A stretch of DNA of 52,988 nucleotides, taken from positions 1-52,988 of the IMG/VR virus record IMGVR_UViG_3300023184_000168; one strand, written 5' to 3'. Below the pieces are notes generated by a model. That model did not search any database. It was not told the origin of the DNA and saw nothing but the letters and a program-made list of their open reading frames with translations. Shown here piece by piece: positions 27,901 to 37,106 of the stretch. Made by a program: the position numbers and the translations under genes. The DNA comes from a virus (taxonomy: Duplodnaviria; Caudoviricetes). Each line of letters opens with the position of its first letter. Position 1 is the stretch's first letter.

Positions 27901-30900
27901 AATCGTATTCTCTTAAGAAGGTATTAGGAACTGTATCTAATTTGTTTAAATTATCAAAATTATAATTACCTGTTATTCTATTTTTAATTAAAACAGAATT
28001 AGCAAATTCAACGATATTACGTAATGCTTCTTTTCTATTTTTAAATAAAGTTTGTTGAGGACGAATTCCTATACCATATCTATTTCTATAGGTTGAATTA
28101 ATTGCAGGGACAGCATTACCTAATTGATCATGCCCTAACAAACTGTCAATTAATTTTTTCTCAAGTAACGTAGTAGGCATGCTATTAGCATCACCTTCTG
28201 ATAATAATACCCATTCAGTATGTTTTGGAATTGTATTGCTAATAGTATCAATAGTAATGTTTGCATTAATCCTATTACCAACTAACATTGGTTGAACATT
28301 CGCAAATGCTACACTACTCGGTGATAAAATTTCAGCAAATTTCAATCCATTAGCAGTAGGGTCAGAAATTATTCTAGATACTTGATAACTGCTTATTCTT
28401 CTATTCGATGTGGCTGGTACTGTAACTTTATTTTTAACCCAGAAAAAGTATACATTCTCAAATGAGTTAGTTACATTATTAAATAATTGTTTAATAGACA
28501 CTACACTGTTATCAGGATATTTTGGTTGTCCACTTATTCCTTTTGTTAAACCTTCATTTGTATCTGCTTGAGCGGCCCATTCACTAGGCAATAAATCAGA
28601 CCTAACCCATTCATAAACGTCAATACTTGAACCAGGAAATAATTTACCCCAATTATTTTTTCTAAAAATATCGTCGCCTTGTTCATACCACATATATTTT
28701 GTAGTACTTAAATCCCACCATAGTTCTCCTACATGATCATCTATCCAACTTGTACTACTATCAACAATAGTGTAAGCGAGACCGACAGTATAAGTAGCAG
28801 GGTCAAACGCAGATTTATATCTTAATTCTTGCTCTGCAATGCCTGCAATTTTTCCTTTTACTGGATCAATAACATCTAAATATTCTACAATTTCTTCTTT
28901 AAAAGAATCTATCAACGCTATGCGATCAACAGTAGAGATATCTACAAGGTCATCTTGTTGGCGTAATAGTTTTAAACTGCCTATTGTTGAATCAATTTTA
29001 CTAAATTGATAGAATGACGATGTGTCGTTATTTGCTGAAACATTATATGTAGGCGCTCCTACATATATATTATTATTTGTAGCAATAACTGATGATCCAT
29101 ACTTACTACCTTCTGCTATAGAAGAATCAACTAATTCTTCAGACAATACAAAATGACCATCTAAATTACTATAAACATATACAGTTCCTGCATCTGATAA
29201 AGACTCTGTAAACTGTGTAGTACCTTCATCAAATGTAGTAGTACCTTGTTTAGAAGTTATATCAAATTCAGTAATAATTGAATTATTAGTACCCAATGCA
29301 CTTATAGATAAAGTATTATTATCTTGGCTAATAGATATAGAATGTCCAAATTTTAAATCATTAGTGTATGAAGGATTTTTTATAATTTGAGTAAGTTCAT
29401 ACGAATAACCAGTCGGGTGTGGACTTAGTGCTAAACTACGTTCAGCAAGATTTGCAGCATATTGAGCAGGATTTAATAAATTATTATCAATCACAGACTG
29501 AGCAAATCCGGCAAGCCCATTTAACATCCAATATCTAATGCTGGCTTCATCTGGATATAGTTGTGCATCAGGATTTTGAAAATATGCAGCAAGTACGGCT
29601 GCTCTTGTTGCTACTGTATTAAACGCATCTGCTGCTCTTTCTGCATCATATATTGCTGCATCTGCCGGATTGGCTGCTCTATAGTCAACCCAGAATTGAT
29701 GAAAAACTCCAGTCTCGCCCAAACCTACCCTCATCCAATTTAAAATAGTTTCTTCACCATAGTATACAGGTGCTAACTCTTCAGCAGCAAGTGAAAATAT
29801 TACTTCTGGACGGGTTGAGTTATAGTAAGGAGTTAGCGTTTTTTTATAAACAGCAACCTTGCCGTAAGGTTCTCCTATTGATTTTGATTCTGTTGAAGAT
29901 ACAAATAGATGCGAGCCATCGGGTGATACTATTACATCACTACCAAATTCAGCAGATGTTCCAAATGGTGATTTTAATGTTTGGCTCCAAGAAAAATCTT
30001 TATCATATAATTGTACAATACCTACATTTGTTCCTGTGGTAACAATGTGTTTAGGAGCACTTATAGCGATAACTGTTCCTATGGTGTCTCCTGCAATTTT
30101 ATGTCCAAATTGACTTCCTGGAGATAATGTTACATGAGAAGATAACTCAATTCCCACAACTGGATGTACTGAAATTACTGTACTAGGTTTAATTAACGAT
30201 GCTGCTGCTCGTTCAGCAAGATTTGCAGCATATTGAGCAGAATTTAATAAATTATTATCAATCACAGACTGAGCAAATCCGGCAAGCCCATTTAACATCC
30301 AATATCTAATATCTTCTTCAGAAGGATACAATTGTGCATTAGGATTTATTTGATATGCACGTATTACAGTTGCTCTAGTTTCTACCGCACCTATAGCATC
30401 GTTAATTCGCCAAATATCCCAGATTGCTGCTTCATTGGGATTTGCTAATCTATAGTCATGTATTAATTTATTAAAACCGGGTGCTGTATCAAGACCAAAA
30501 GTCATCCAATTTAAAATAGTTTCTTCACCGTAATATAACGGTGCTTCTAAATTAGCGGCCAATGCATATATTACTTCTGCACGGGTAGATTTATAATATC
30601 CTGTTCTTGTTACACCATAGGCATATACATGCCCTGTGTTGGTTGGATTTTCAGGACCGCTTGGCGCACCAACTAACAATGTTGTACTTGCTGTAGAAAC
30701 CGTTTCATTTATATAAATTGAATGACCGAATCTAGAATAATCAGCAGTTTGAGCAGTAGTAGCATAAGGATTTACTAAAATTGTTGAGTCTGTTTCTTTA
30801 GTAAATGTATTATTAATACTACTAATTTTTACTAAGCCTTCTGAAGAGAAATTCTTTGTATAACCGGTACCTGTACTGAGTATTACTACGCCACTAGTTA

Positions 30901-33900
30901 AAGTATTTGCACTATTAATAACAACATTTGTTGCGTTAGGTGCACCTGCAAAATATAAATTTTTTCCAGTATCATACTGCAAAGAATAACCAAATTGTGC
31001 TTTTATGTTAGGATAGCAATATGTTGCTAAGTCTGTGTTTAAACTATATTCAAATTTCTTTTCTAAAACACTTGTAGTTTTATGTTTAGTGTATACCCAA
31101 ACGCTTCCTATTCCTGGAGTATTTTTAACAGTCCAACCTGGTGCAGATACCATTAATATATTTGTATTATCTGATGTGTAAATAGATTTTCCTAACTCCG
31201 AATGTAGACTTAACGAAGTTATTGTAGCAGTAAAATGACCATTAACCCCCACCGAGTAATTTTTTATTTTTTCATAAACTTGCCACTTGTCGTTAATGCC
31301 TTCATCTATCCAAATTTTTTCATTGTTCTTTAAATTTAAAATATCTGTTGAATTAGCAACTTCTTTAATATTTTTATATCGTGCATTTTCAAATTTAAAC
31401 AATGCTCCATAACTTAATAATTCTGCATCAACTATAGAGGTTAAACTTGATGCTACCGTAAATTGATCTAATTTAGCGATATCAATTATAATGTGTATAC
31501 CATTAACTTGCTCATTAAATCTAACTACAGAAACAATGTCACCTATTGATAATCCATGCGGTTGGTCAGTTACAAATGTTATGCTGGACCCGGGGGCACT
31601 TACATATACTCCTGCAATCTTAGAAGATTGTTTAGAGTATCTACTAACGCCCCAGCCGCCGTTTTCTAAAAATCCCATCCATATAGTATTGCCATCTTGT
31701 AATACAGAATTATTAGCAATATCTAATAAACTATTTTTATTATATGCTGTAGCGGTAACATCATCTGCTCTAATATATCCAGCAGTAGTCAATACTAAAT
31801 TATTATCAAAGAATGTGCTAGAAGACATTATTGGAAACGTATTTGCCGATGAGTAACTATCCGGAGTTAATAATAAGTCCGACTGAGACACATATGTCAC
31901 CAGCGGATTTGCATCAGCAGGAGTTTCAGAAAATTTAACAAGATATGGATTTTCTAAAGATGTACTTTCATTTAAATTAAATTCTATTTCATTGTATGTT
32001 GAAAAACTTCCGTAATTACCTGATCTGAATGCCCAATCTTCAGTTAATAAAATGTCCCCTTGACGTGTAAACTTACCAACTTTGGATAATTTATCAATAG
32101 AATTTTTAGTTCCTTTTTCCTTAATGTATCCTTGATAAAATTTATATTGGCTAATTGAATTTGTAAAAATATTATTAAGGTATGTTCTTGGAGTATAACC
32201 AATTAAATGTTGTGCTAGTTTTTGTTGGGTAGAATCAAAATTATCAATATCTAAACTATAAAAGTCTTCGAATTGATTAATTTTATAATCAAAATTAGGT
32301 AATAAATTTGATACCGGCTTACTATCTAGTTTGATCCATTTTTCAAAATCAAAAGTAGCATCTCCGATAATTTTAACAGTTGATTCATAATACGAACCGT
32401 TATATCTTACCACTTTTCCCGGTAAGTATGTTCCATATGCTGTCCAATCTATAATAGTAACATTGTCGTAAACAAAACCGGGACTAGATAAATCACCATT
32501 CCAATTGGCAGTTCTAAATCCTGATAGTTTAATTCTTCGTTGCTTGTATCCTGTTTCAATATCGTATATAGTATCATTAAAAATTGTTTTATTGTTAAAA
32601 ACCATTCCGTGTTCTTTTTGTACAGAATTTAATGTAGCAAAAAACATACCTTCAAGAGTGTCAATAGTATTAATTACACAAACACCGTCTTCTCTTGATA
32701 AACGAAATTTATCTAATGGAAATGATTTTCCATCGGCTTTTAATATACTAAAATCATAATCTCCGGTAGTAATATCATCAACCACCGAATCAATAAATGA
32801 ATATTTTAGATAATCCGCAAATGGACTTAATGTAATTAAATTTCCGTCTGCCCAATTTTGCGTAGTCCAATATAAGAATTCTTTAGCAGTAAATTTCCAA
32901 TTTACTATATCATTAAGATCAGTATTATATTCATCAAATATAAATCCTTGACTTTCAAGATAGGCACCGTACCCAATTAATAAATCGTATACTTCTTGTA
33001 TTGTTGAATAACTTGTACCATATGGAACTACTGTTACTGTGTTTTCAAATCTTGAAGATAATTGTGCGGTGGCGCCGCCTACCATAGGCAATGATGGTAA
33101 GGCTTGAAATAATGTTATATCAAATGTAGATTGTGTATTATGACCAACTTTAACTATATAAAATGTTCCATTATATCTTACAATCTGACCTTGTTTATAA
33201 TAATGTGTTGTGTTTGCTGTAGTAGATGTAATATCAATTGCACTAAGACCACTGTTGCCACTGTTGCCGGCGCCTGTCCATTCTGTAAATGACTCAGATT
33301 TTCCTCCAACAGTAATTGCACCGGATGCTAAACTTTTAGTAGGTTTAAGTATTTCAAAATATGGATTTGTAGTGTCATATCCCTTAATAATGAAATTACC
33401 ATTAGACCGTTGTACTATAACTCCGGATATTCTAGCAGACTTAATAGGATTACTTACATTTAAAATTAATGAATAGTCTTCAGGCGGTAAGATTGCTCCT
33501 TGTGCTTGTGACACAGGATCAATAGAGTCAATAACAATTTGCAATTTATCTTTGCTTGCAAATCCTCCTAATTTATGGAATAGATTAAAATTAATATAAG
33601 TTAAGTCTTGTGTTAATAATTCAAGATAGTTTAAATCTTTCTGTTTTCCCCGTTCAATAACATAAACGCCAAATCCGGCTGATTGTACATCTTCTCCATC
33701 TAATATAAGTTTAGAAGGATTTAAATAAAGATCATTTGCCTTATATGTTAACTGATTTTTAATATTTAGATAACTTCTACTTGTATCAAACATAGAAGAA
33801 GTATATGAGCAAGGATCAAGTAAGGCGGATAACGCATTTACAGCAAATGGCCAATAACTGCTGTTTCTCCATGCTGTTTCTGCAGGAGAGTGATCTCCAA

Positions 33901-36900
33901 ATTTCCAATTTGCAGATTTATCGTCAATTGTTAAATTACCTGCATTTAGCAAAAATGAACCAGGTGGTTTTAAGTTTCCTGCAACATCAACAGGAACAAT
34001 TGATGAAAAATTAATACGAGCATACTGAGAATTAATAGTTCCTAAGTTATCAACTATTCCATTAGTTACAGCATCAATCAATGCTGTTCGTTTTTCACTA
34101 TTAACCCAATCGTATTGGATGTCCCACCATAACGGTTTAATTGAATGCCCTAACATTTCCCAAGGATGAGAATGCGGACGATCAGTATCGTAAAAATATT
34201 TGTAAACACCTCTCCAATATCCCGGATAAGAATTTCCTATAGGAAAACTACCATTGGTATAATTCCATGTAAAAAAGTTATATTCATCATAAACATTATT
34301 AGTAGTTGTATCAATACTGTATTGACCGGTCCATTTAATAAAGTCTTTTACTAAAATATCATTAATTTCAGATGAAGAATATTTACTTTCTCTAAATGCA
34401 CTTGGCAAATATCCGTTAACATCAAATATTTTAGGATTATAATTTATTTTAATATTATTAAAAACACGTTTTTCGTATTCAAGAATAATAGCATCCCTAT
34501 AATCGTCAAAGGCTTTAATTATACTGCCGTCGTGGCCTCGTATAACATTTGTAGAATTTAAATAGGTGTCATCTAAAAAATACTCAGGTTTATATTTTGG
34601 ATATAAACCTAATTTAGATGGCGTTGGAGGAATATATGCACCGCCGGTATCTAAATAATAATGGATAGATATTTTATCACCTGCTACAAGATTTAAAATA
34701 TCTGTATTAACTATTATTGTGTTATCAATACTATCAAAATAATATTCAGAATTTGCAATTAATTGATAATCATTATAGTATACAATTACTGATTTAAAAC
34801 TTAATGCTGTTAAATCAAATTTAACCCCTATTGGAAATATATTGTTTGCGCCTGTAACTGTATAGTCTCTTACAATTTTGTTAGGTCCATAACCTAACAT
34901 ATCAGATCTATAATATAAAGATCTAGAATCTTTACTAGAATTAAGTTGTGTTAAAACTAGGTCTAATGCATCACGTGGTGTTAGTTGACTATCAACTTTA
35001 CTTAAAGCATTTAAGAAATTTATTTTAAATTGATCGTACTGTTCTGCAGAGTATCTAATAGAATCAACTACATTGTGTTCTTTTTTTCCAAGAAATATTT
35101 GAGGGAACGCAATAGGATTAGCATTTATAATTAAACGAGAACCATATTTGGCATAATCATTTAAATCTCTAAGATTACTTATTCCCGGAAACTCGCCAAT
35201 AAATCCAGTAATACCATTAACCATTGTTGAAAGATGATCACTTAGTTCACTTAATGTTAATTCTGTTATAGGTCCGTTTAACGGATTGTTAGTTAATCCT
35301 AACGGAGTTTTATAATATCCATTTTCATTAGGTGTATCTTTAGAAATTATTTCTAAAGATACTATATCATTTTTAGCAATATTAACAGACGACGTACTAA
35401 CATGAATAGTAATACCATCTGTATCTAAAGTTGAATTAACTAAATTTCCATTCACATAAGAAATTACAGAAGTGGCAGATGTTACAATTGATTTAAGTTT
35501 TAATACATTTGTTGAAGTCAACATTGTTTGAATTTCAACAATAGGAATTTGATAATTTACTGATGGTTCCCATACATTTTTAAATTCGTTTCCTATTTTA
35601 AGATATGTAACACCGGTAGTAATTGTAGAACTTATATTATTAACATCAGTTATACTGACAATGTCAGACATAAAGTAGTTCTTAAAAACATAACTACCAA
35701 CTCCGATACTGTTTTTATACTTTAATGGGAATCCTAAAACTTTATCGTATATTGTTCCTACTTCATAACCAAATATTTTACTGCCGGCAAAATTAGAATT
35801 TTTATCAGAATAACTTAATTGAGTCGGTTGAGAATTATCAAATAAATCAAATAATGGTGCTTGATTTATAGTTGTATGTTGCTGTGATTTTTTCCATTGA
35901 ATAACATCGATGCCATTAATATTCTGTGTTGTATAATGCCAACTTGTTCCTTGATTTAATATACCATAGTTTATGGAAACTGAACTAGCAGGCAGCGGAG
36001 TAGATGGTTCTATTAATCTAAGAGTAGGTGGGTTGGTAGAAGTATCATAGTTTACCTTATAAATTTTTCCATTGAGAGATGTATCTGCATTAAAAATTAT
36101 TCGAAAACCATGCTCTAATAAAACTTCGTCACTGTAATAACCAATAGTACCGTCTACTTGACTAAATGCATCAGTAGTAGTTGTATCAATTATATCTACA
36201 TTTTGAATTCCAACTGACCCAAAATTATAAAGTTTTATATCTGGATTAAATTCAATAATAGGTCTATTGGCTCTTCTATCTAACGGATAGACAGCCTGTT
36301 GATTGTTTATTTCAGCAGTAATACGAATAATGTCTCCGTGAAACCATCTGTTATATCGTGTCCATGGATTTAAATCACCACTAGCCTTATTAATTGTAAT
36401 ATATTCGGGTATTACTGGTAGTGTTTTATTTGAATCAAATGGATAACTATCGAATAAATCGCTATCAAATGTTTCATTATAAATCTGTGCAACACTTTCA
36501 TGTACTTCTAATAATTTAATATCAATTAATTTTATACTTTTGCCAACACCTTCAACATAATATTCTTTATTATTAGATGAAAGTTTTAATTTCATTCCGT
36601 TACTTAATGAATAATTATTTAGAATTATATATGTAGGTGTACCTTCTATATCTTCCTTAAGATCATCTACTAATATTGCATCAGGTCCATTAGGTAGCCA
36701 GTAATATTGATTATAATTTATCAACTTATCCCAATCTATATGAGGATTGTATGAATAAAACTTTGATCTAAAAAGTCTATCAAGGTTATCAGTTTTTCCA
36801 CCTTGCAAATTAATTTCATTAATTATATCATCAAATCCAATTACATCGGTTATGTTAGATGATGCATCTTTAAAAACTAAAGCAGGTTCTAATGGATATT

Positions 36901-37105
36901 CTTTTCTAAGAGGTAAATTTTCTTTAAGATAAAAGTCAGTTGCAGGATTATAATTAGGAGTAATTATAGATCCAACAAATCCATCAATACGTTCAAGTTG
37001 TGGTGTTTGTATTAAAGGGTCAAGTGTGCCGGATAAAAATTTTGAATTTTTATCAGTTTTTAAATATTCAGGAAGTAGATTAACTGACTTTTTGTTATCT
37101 ATCAT
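21959..37105 (-). CDS. giant (5048 aa) baseplate/tail structural protein with FG-GAP-like propeller repeats
   Basis: Uninterrupted 15-kb ORF directly downstream of the gp6-like gene (gp7-like position); FG(H/Y/S)S...(G/S)AP...G.V.VY repeats at about 29040-31200; GxGYTxxPTVTITGGG repeats at about 26520-26710. Confidence 0.7.
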   Translation of the reverse strand: MIDNKKSVNLLPEYLKTDKNSKFLSGTLDPLIQTPQLERIDGFVGSIITPNYNPATDFYLKENLPLRKEYPLEPALVFKDASSNITDVIGFDDIINEINLQGGKTDNLDRLFRSKFYSYNPHIDWDKLINYNQYYWLPNGPDAILVDDLKEDIEGTPTYIILNNYSLSNGMKLKLSSNNKEYYVEGVGKSIKLIDIKLLEVHESVAQIYNETFDSDLFDSYPFDSNKTLPVIPEYITINKASGDLNPWTRYNRWFHGDIIRITAEINNQQAVYPLDRRANRPIIEFNPDIKLYNFGSVGIQNVDIIDTTTTDAFSQVDGTIGYYSDEVLLEHGFRIIFNADTSLNGKIYKVNYDTSTNPPTLRLIEPSTPLPASSVSINYGILNQGTSWHYTTQNINGIDVIQWKKSQQHTTINQAPLFDLFDNSQPTQLSYSDKNSNFAGSKIFGYEVGTIYDKVLGFPLKYKNSIGVGSYVFKNYFMSDIVSITDVNNISSTITTGVTYLKIGNEFKNVWEPSVNYQIPIVEIQTMLTSTNVLKLKSIVTSATSVISYVNGNLVNSTLDTDGITIHVSTSSVNIAKNDIVSLEIISKDTPNENGYYKTPLGLTNNPLNGPITELTLSELSDHLSTMVNGITGFIGEFPGISNLRDLNDYAKYGSRLIINANPIAFPQIFLGKKEHNVVDSIRYSAEQYDQFKINFLNALSKVDSQLTPRDALDLVLTQLNSSKDSRSLYYRSDMLGYGPNKIVRDYTVTGANNIFPIGVKFDLTALSFKSVIVYYNDYQLIANSEYYFDSIDNTIIVNTDILNLVAGDKISIHYYLDTGGAYIPPTPSKLGLYPKYKPEYFLDDTYLNSTNVIRGHDGSIIKAFDDYRDAIILEYEKRVFNNIKINYNPKIFDVNGYLPSAFRESKYSSSEINDILVKDFIKWTGQYSIDTTTNNVYDEYNFFTWNYTNGSFPIGNSYPGYWRGVYKYFYDTDRPHSHPWEMLGHSIKPLWWDIQYDWVNSEKRTALIDAVTNGIVDNLGTINSQYARINFSSIVPVDVAGNLKPPGSFLLNAGNLTIDDKSANWKFGDHSPAETAWRNSSYWPFAVNALSALLDPCSYTSSMFDTSRSYLNIKNQLTYKANDLYLNPSKLILDGEDVQSAGFGVYVIERGKQKDLNYLELLTQDLTYINFNLFHKLGGFASKDKLQIVIDSIDPVSQAQGAILPPEDYSLILNVSNPIKSARISGVIVQRSNGNFIIKGYDTTNPYFEILKPTKSLASGAITVGGKSESFTEWTGAGNSGNSGLSAIDITSTTANTTHYYKQGQIVRYNGTFYIVKVGHNTQSTFDITLFQALPSLPMVGGATAQLSSRFENTVTVVPYGTSYSTIQEVYDLLIGYGAYLESQGFIFDEYNTDLNDIVNWKFTAKEFLYWTTQNWADGNLITLSPFADYLKYSFIDSVVDDITTGDYDFSILKADGKSFPLDKFRLSREDGVCVINTIDTLEGMFFATLNSVQKEHGMVFNNKTIFNDTIYDIETGYKQRRIKLSGFRTANWNGDLSSPGFVYDNVTIIDWTAYGTYLPGKVVRYNGSYYESTVKIIGDATFDFEKWIKLDSKPVSNLLPNFDYKINQFEDFYSLDIDNFDSTQQKLAQHLIGYTPRTYLNNIFTNSISQYKFYQGYIKEKGTKNSIDKLSKVGKFTRQGDILLTEDWAFRSGNYGSFSTYNEIEFNLNESTSLENPYLVKFSETPADANPLVTYVSQSDLLLTPDSYSSANTFPIMSSSTFFDNNLVLTTAGYIRADDVTATAYNKNSLLDIANNSVLQDGNTIWMGFLENGGWGVSRYSKQSSKIAGVYVSAPGSSITFVTDQPHGLSIGDIVSVVRFNEQVNGIHIIIDIAKLDQFTVASSLTSIVDAELLSYGALFKFENARYKNIKEVANSTDILNLKNNEKIWIDEGINDKWQVYEKIKNYSVGVNGHFTATITSLSLHSELGKSIYTSDNTNILMVSAPGWTVKNTPGIGSVWVYTKHKTTSVLEKKFEYSLNTDLATYCYPNIKAQFGYSLQYDTGKNLYFAGAPNATNVVINSANTLTSGVVILSTGTGYTKNFSSEGLVKISSINNTFTKETDSTILVNPYATTAQTADYSRFGHSIYINETVSTASTTLLVGAPSGPENPTNTGHVYAYGVTRTGYYKSTRAEVIYALAANLEAPLYYGEETILNWMTFGLDTAPGFNKLIHDYRLANPNEAAIWDIWRINDAIGAVETRATVIRAYQINPNAQLYPSEEDIRYWMLNGLAGFAQSVIDNNLLNSAQYAANLAERAAASLIKPSTVISVHPVVGIELSSHVTLSPGSQFGHKIAGDTIGTVIAISAPKHIVTTGTNVGIVQLYDKDFSWSQTLKSPFGTSAEFGSDVIVSPDGSHLFVSSTESKSIGEPYGKVAVYKKTLTPYYNSTRPEVIFSLAAEELAPVYYGEETILNWMRVGLGETGVFHQFWVDYRAANPADAAIYDAERAADAFNTVATRAAVLAAYFQNPDAQLYPDEASIRYWMLNGLAGFAQSVIDNNLLNPAQYAANLAERSLALSPHPTGYSYELTQIIKNPSYTNDLKFGHSISISQDNNTLSISALGTNNSIITEFDITSKQGTTTFDEGTTQFTESLSDAGTVYVYSNLDGHFVLSEELVDSSIAEGSKYGSSVIATNNNIYVGAPTYNVSANNDTSSFYQFSKIDSTIGSLKLLRQQDDLVDISTVDRIALIDSFKEEIVEYLDVIDPVKGKIAGIAEQELRYKSAFDPATYTVGLAYTIVDSSTSWIDDHVGELWWDLSTTKYMWYEQGDDIFRKNNWGKLFPGSSIDVYEWVRSDLLPSEWAAQADTNEGLTKGISGQPKYPDNSVVSIKQLFNNVTNSFENVYFFWVKNKVTVPATSNRRISSYQVSRIISDPTANGLKFAEILSPSSVAFANVQPMLVGNRINANITIDTISNTIPKHTEWVLLSEGDANSMPTTLLEKKLIDSLLGHDQLGNAVPAINSTYRNRYGIGIRPQQTLFKNRKEALRNIVEFANSVLIKNRITGNYNFDNLNKLDTVPNTFLREYDFSVDHYSNLLSVSNDITIKYAQAKLECYVTNGKITTVDIVSAGYGYTSPPKVTVGLTETSTAELLTEINSEGKVINVIISDPGSEFVTAPILTVRPHTAIVKADENYKFIWTKYQFDYTSSLWVMIKNQTYNTPLYWNYVNWVSDDYKLFKEYNYVVSHIYELSTLDSIVPGDYVKVLNVGDGRYVILERTENAGNFSKNYNIVFSENGTFQILDSIWNYGKLNYSYDEATLEETLYDQIPDLELYYILLALKDDIFINNLKVNWNLLFFTAVKYALTEQKLLDWAFKTSFINVTNVVGSLDQRPVYKLEDEQNFEEYIKEVKPYHSQLRSYTSKYSYLESTDERLSLSATDFDLPSYYNTTTDTFSTVGLQNPLIDQQPWKAWVDNYTSEIGSIVVSNGGAGYTQTPTVTITGGGGSVISDATASAYIRNGTVYQILITSSGNGYTQAPTVTITGGGPSVTSTATAVATLLNLKTRKNKIGIKFDRVNYNSEIGETRVFDTFICSGKDDKFVLTWLADADKLTVVPTLDSKLILGTDYTLEYYTVEYNGYNKKYSRFKFLNYIPIEGQIFKISYNKSIELYTALDRIEKLHTSTDSLSSLMTGITFPGSVIQGLPFEYSVPWDTVNGAGKFDVGGSTWSELVTYYASAKIISTATIGTSTLYISTTTGIVTGQLINILNSSTIRIRPDTVVTSVDTGSRSITISKPIFKIKSAKSTATTVGSQIVVKTMTPFNVGGIVVGDKIVISGITSSGYNGTYTVDSVLDADQFAIKAISSLSTTTAVATTISSATIVTLLSTIDPSILLLDHFVQAYDKTTATSLVINLHIQYNDISNIKIFNDGLTSPMLTGIPVTGPHPGAEYYQITKDSNGMALVSFYQLVNSSYYFEFFIYGYPAIEFWKPETMMSGLDTAIAGGSWELGNFVGALGVAPEDMIVDGNKFLNLDSSYAPEELVNGHIIDSLGINVYTKDNDSHAMVMTGTFPITAGVATTATLLMGPNNYDSMIVSLGNSVGLNPLTADEMTYGIHFLEGMTATSAGQVGTAILSPYLIGTVDVATPDTLGAFKSNPSYQDAILETSTGYLWIFMNPNQNTFGETIYSYYESRGIPYAILDTNQNWWWPSGIDATYGDPAHPLAATTNAGFSQFVEMPFTFKMYGKSVHNFTIASNGSLVFIESAYPYTDDIYIDLILKNASRWDQGIYNLQNPAIMVEFTDLWQNYGIGDGGLIPLSSGNTPGIFLSTGASDAFDYIRIRFDGTHASHKNQVPTVPAIAYEVTLYSNGEDQFVEMYYENTYKGSNTNGQLGFVAGITNGGGTFAQVPYTEIEDFSSHVFYSKVSNGGQFVYLGKGKVNTSYRTSFYGFTSPTQYFMIGNEIHIPPIPYQGVGKYTVVDVGGDNSVIDSKMVVVDNTTTAVLTSLASIDDVRKVYVTVNGSEINKVTTSTDYGYMLTYVSDQNNRACVRVYGLDNTNLNPFTIQSWFFESEYTKFNRFHEDIFLIPFEGVASYTLPYFPGSSKPVSGQAIVDIYRGNPPYYGRSTPPTTTYYKVTNGQLTYNIDSVLVFPQYTFNADDVKVYANGIELRPGFDYTLDQVYSTITIVNNLLNNDDVIAIERYRNPMPEYSISDNMIHFDVGLSENNYHARVVSFADHDNMMIRTEKLTTNVYNTNKLSFPVLNDNYVWVYYNQTPLIPRREFKILDDRRTIVLSNSLYLSPGNSLIVTTINPPSYGTNVLGYRVFNDMFDRHHYGRISSFYSTTLEQPLHYNDTAIYVTDASKLVPPNPLTNKPGVVIIDSERIEFFIKDGNVLRQLRRGTLGTAPAAISYAGTSVIDQSPQQDVPYTESVLVQTTSTTSLTYTISTITNTTTGDGIKLTPGVNAVDQVTVYYGGRQLRKTPLIIHDSAISYDPSATSEVILPPEFTITTATNELVLNILDVTSNNTNITIVQRKGYVWTGTESLLTSNAIQAHFLREKEASLPDQYYYGG
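29439..30598 (-). repeat. duplicated ~130-codon module within the giant protein (771-nt offset)
   Basis: Copies 30210-30598 and 29439-29827; 29439-29539 vs 30210-30310 match at 100/101 nt; 29731-29758 vs 30502-30529 at 28/28. Confidence 0.92.
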
Positions 37106-37106
37106 T

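Noticed and set aside
29439-30310. Diversity-generating retroelement TR/VR pair
   Set aside because: Both ~100-nt copies are in-frame parts of one ORF, differ at only one position, and no reverse transcriptase is in the window.
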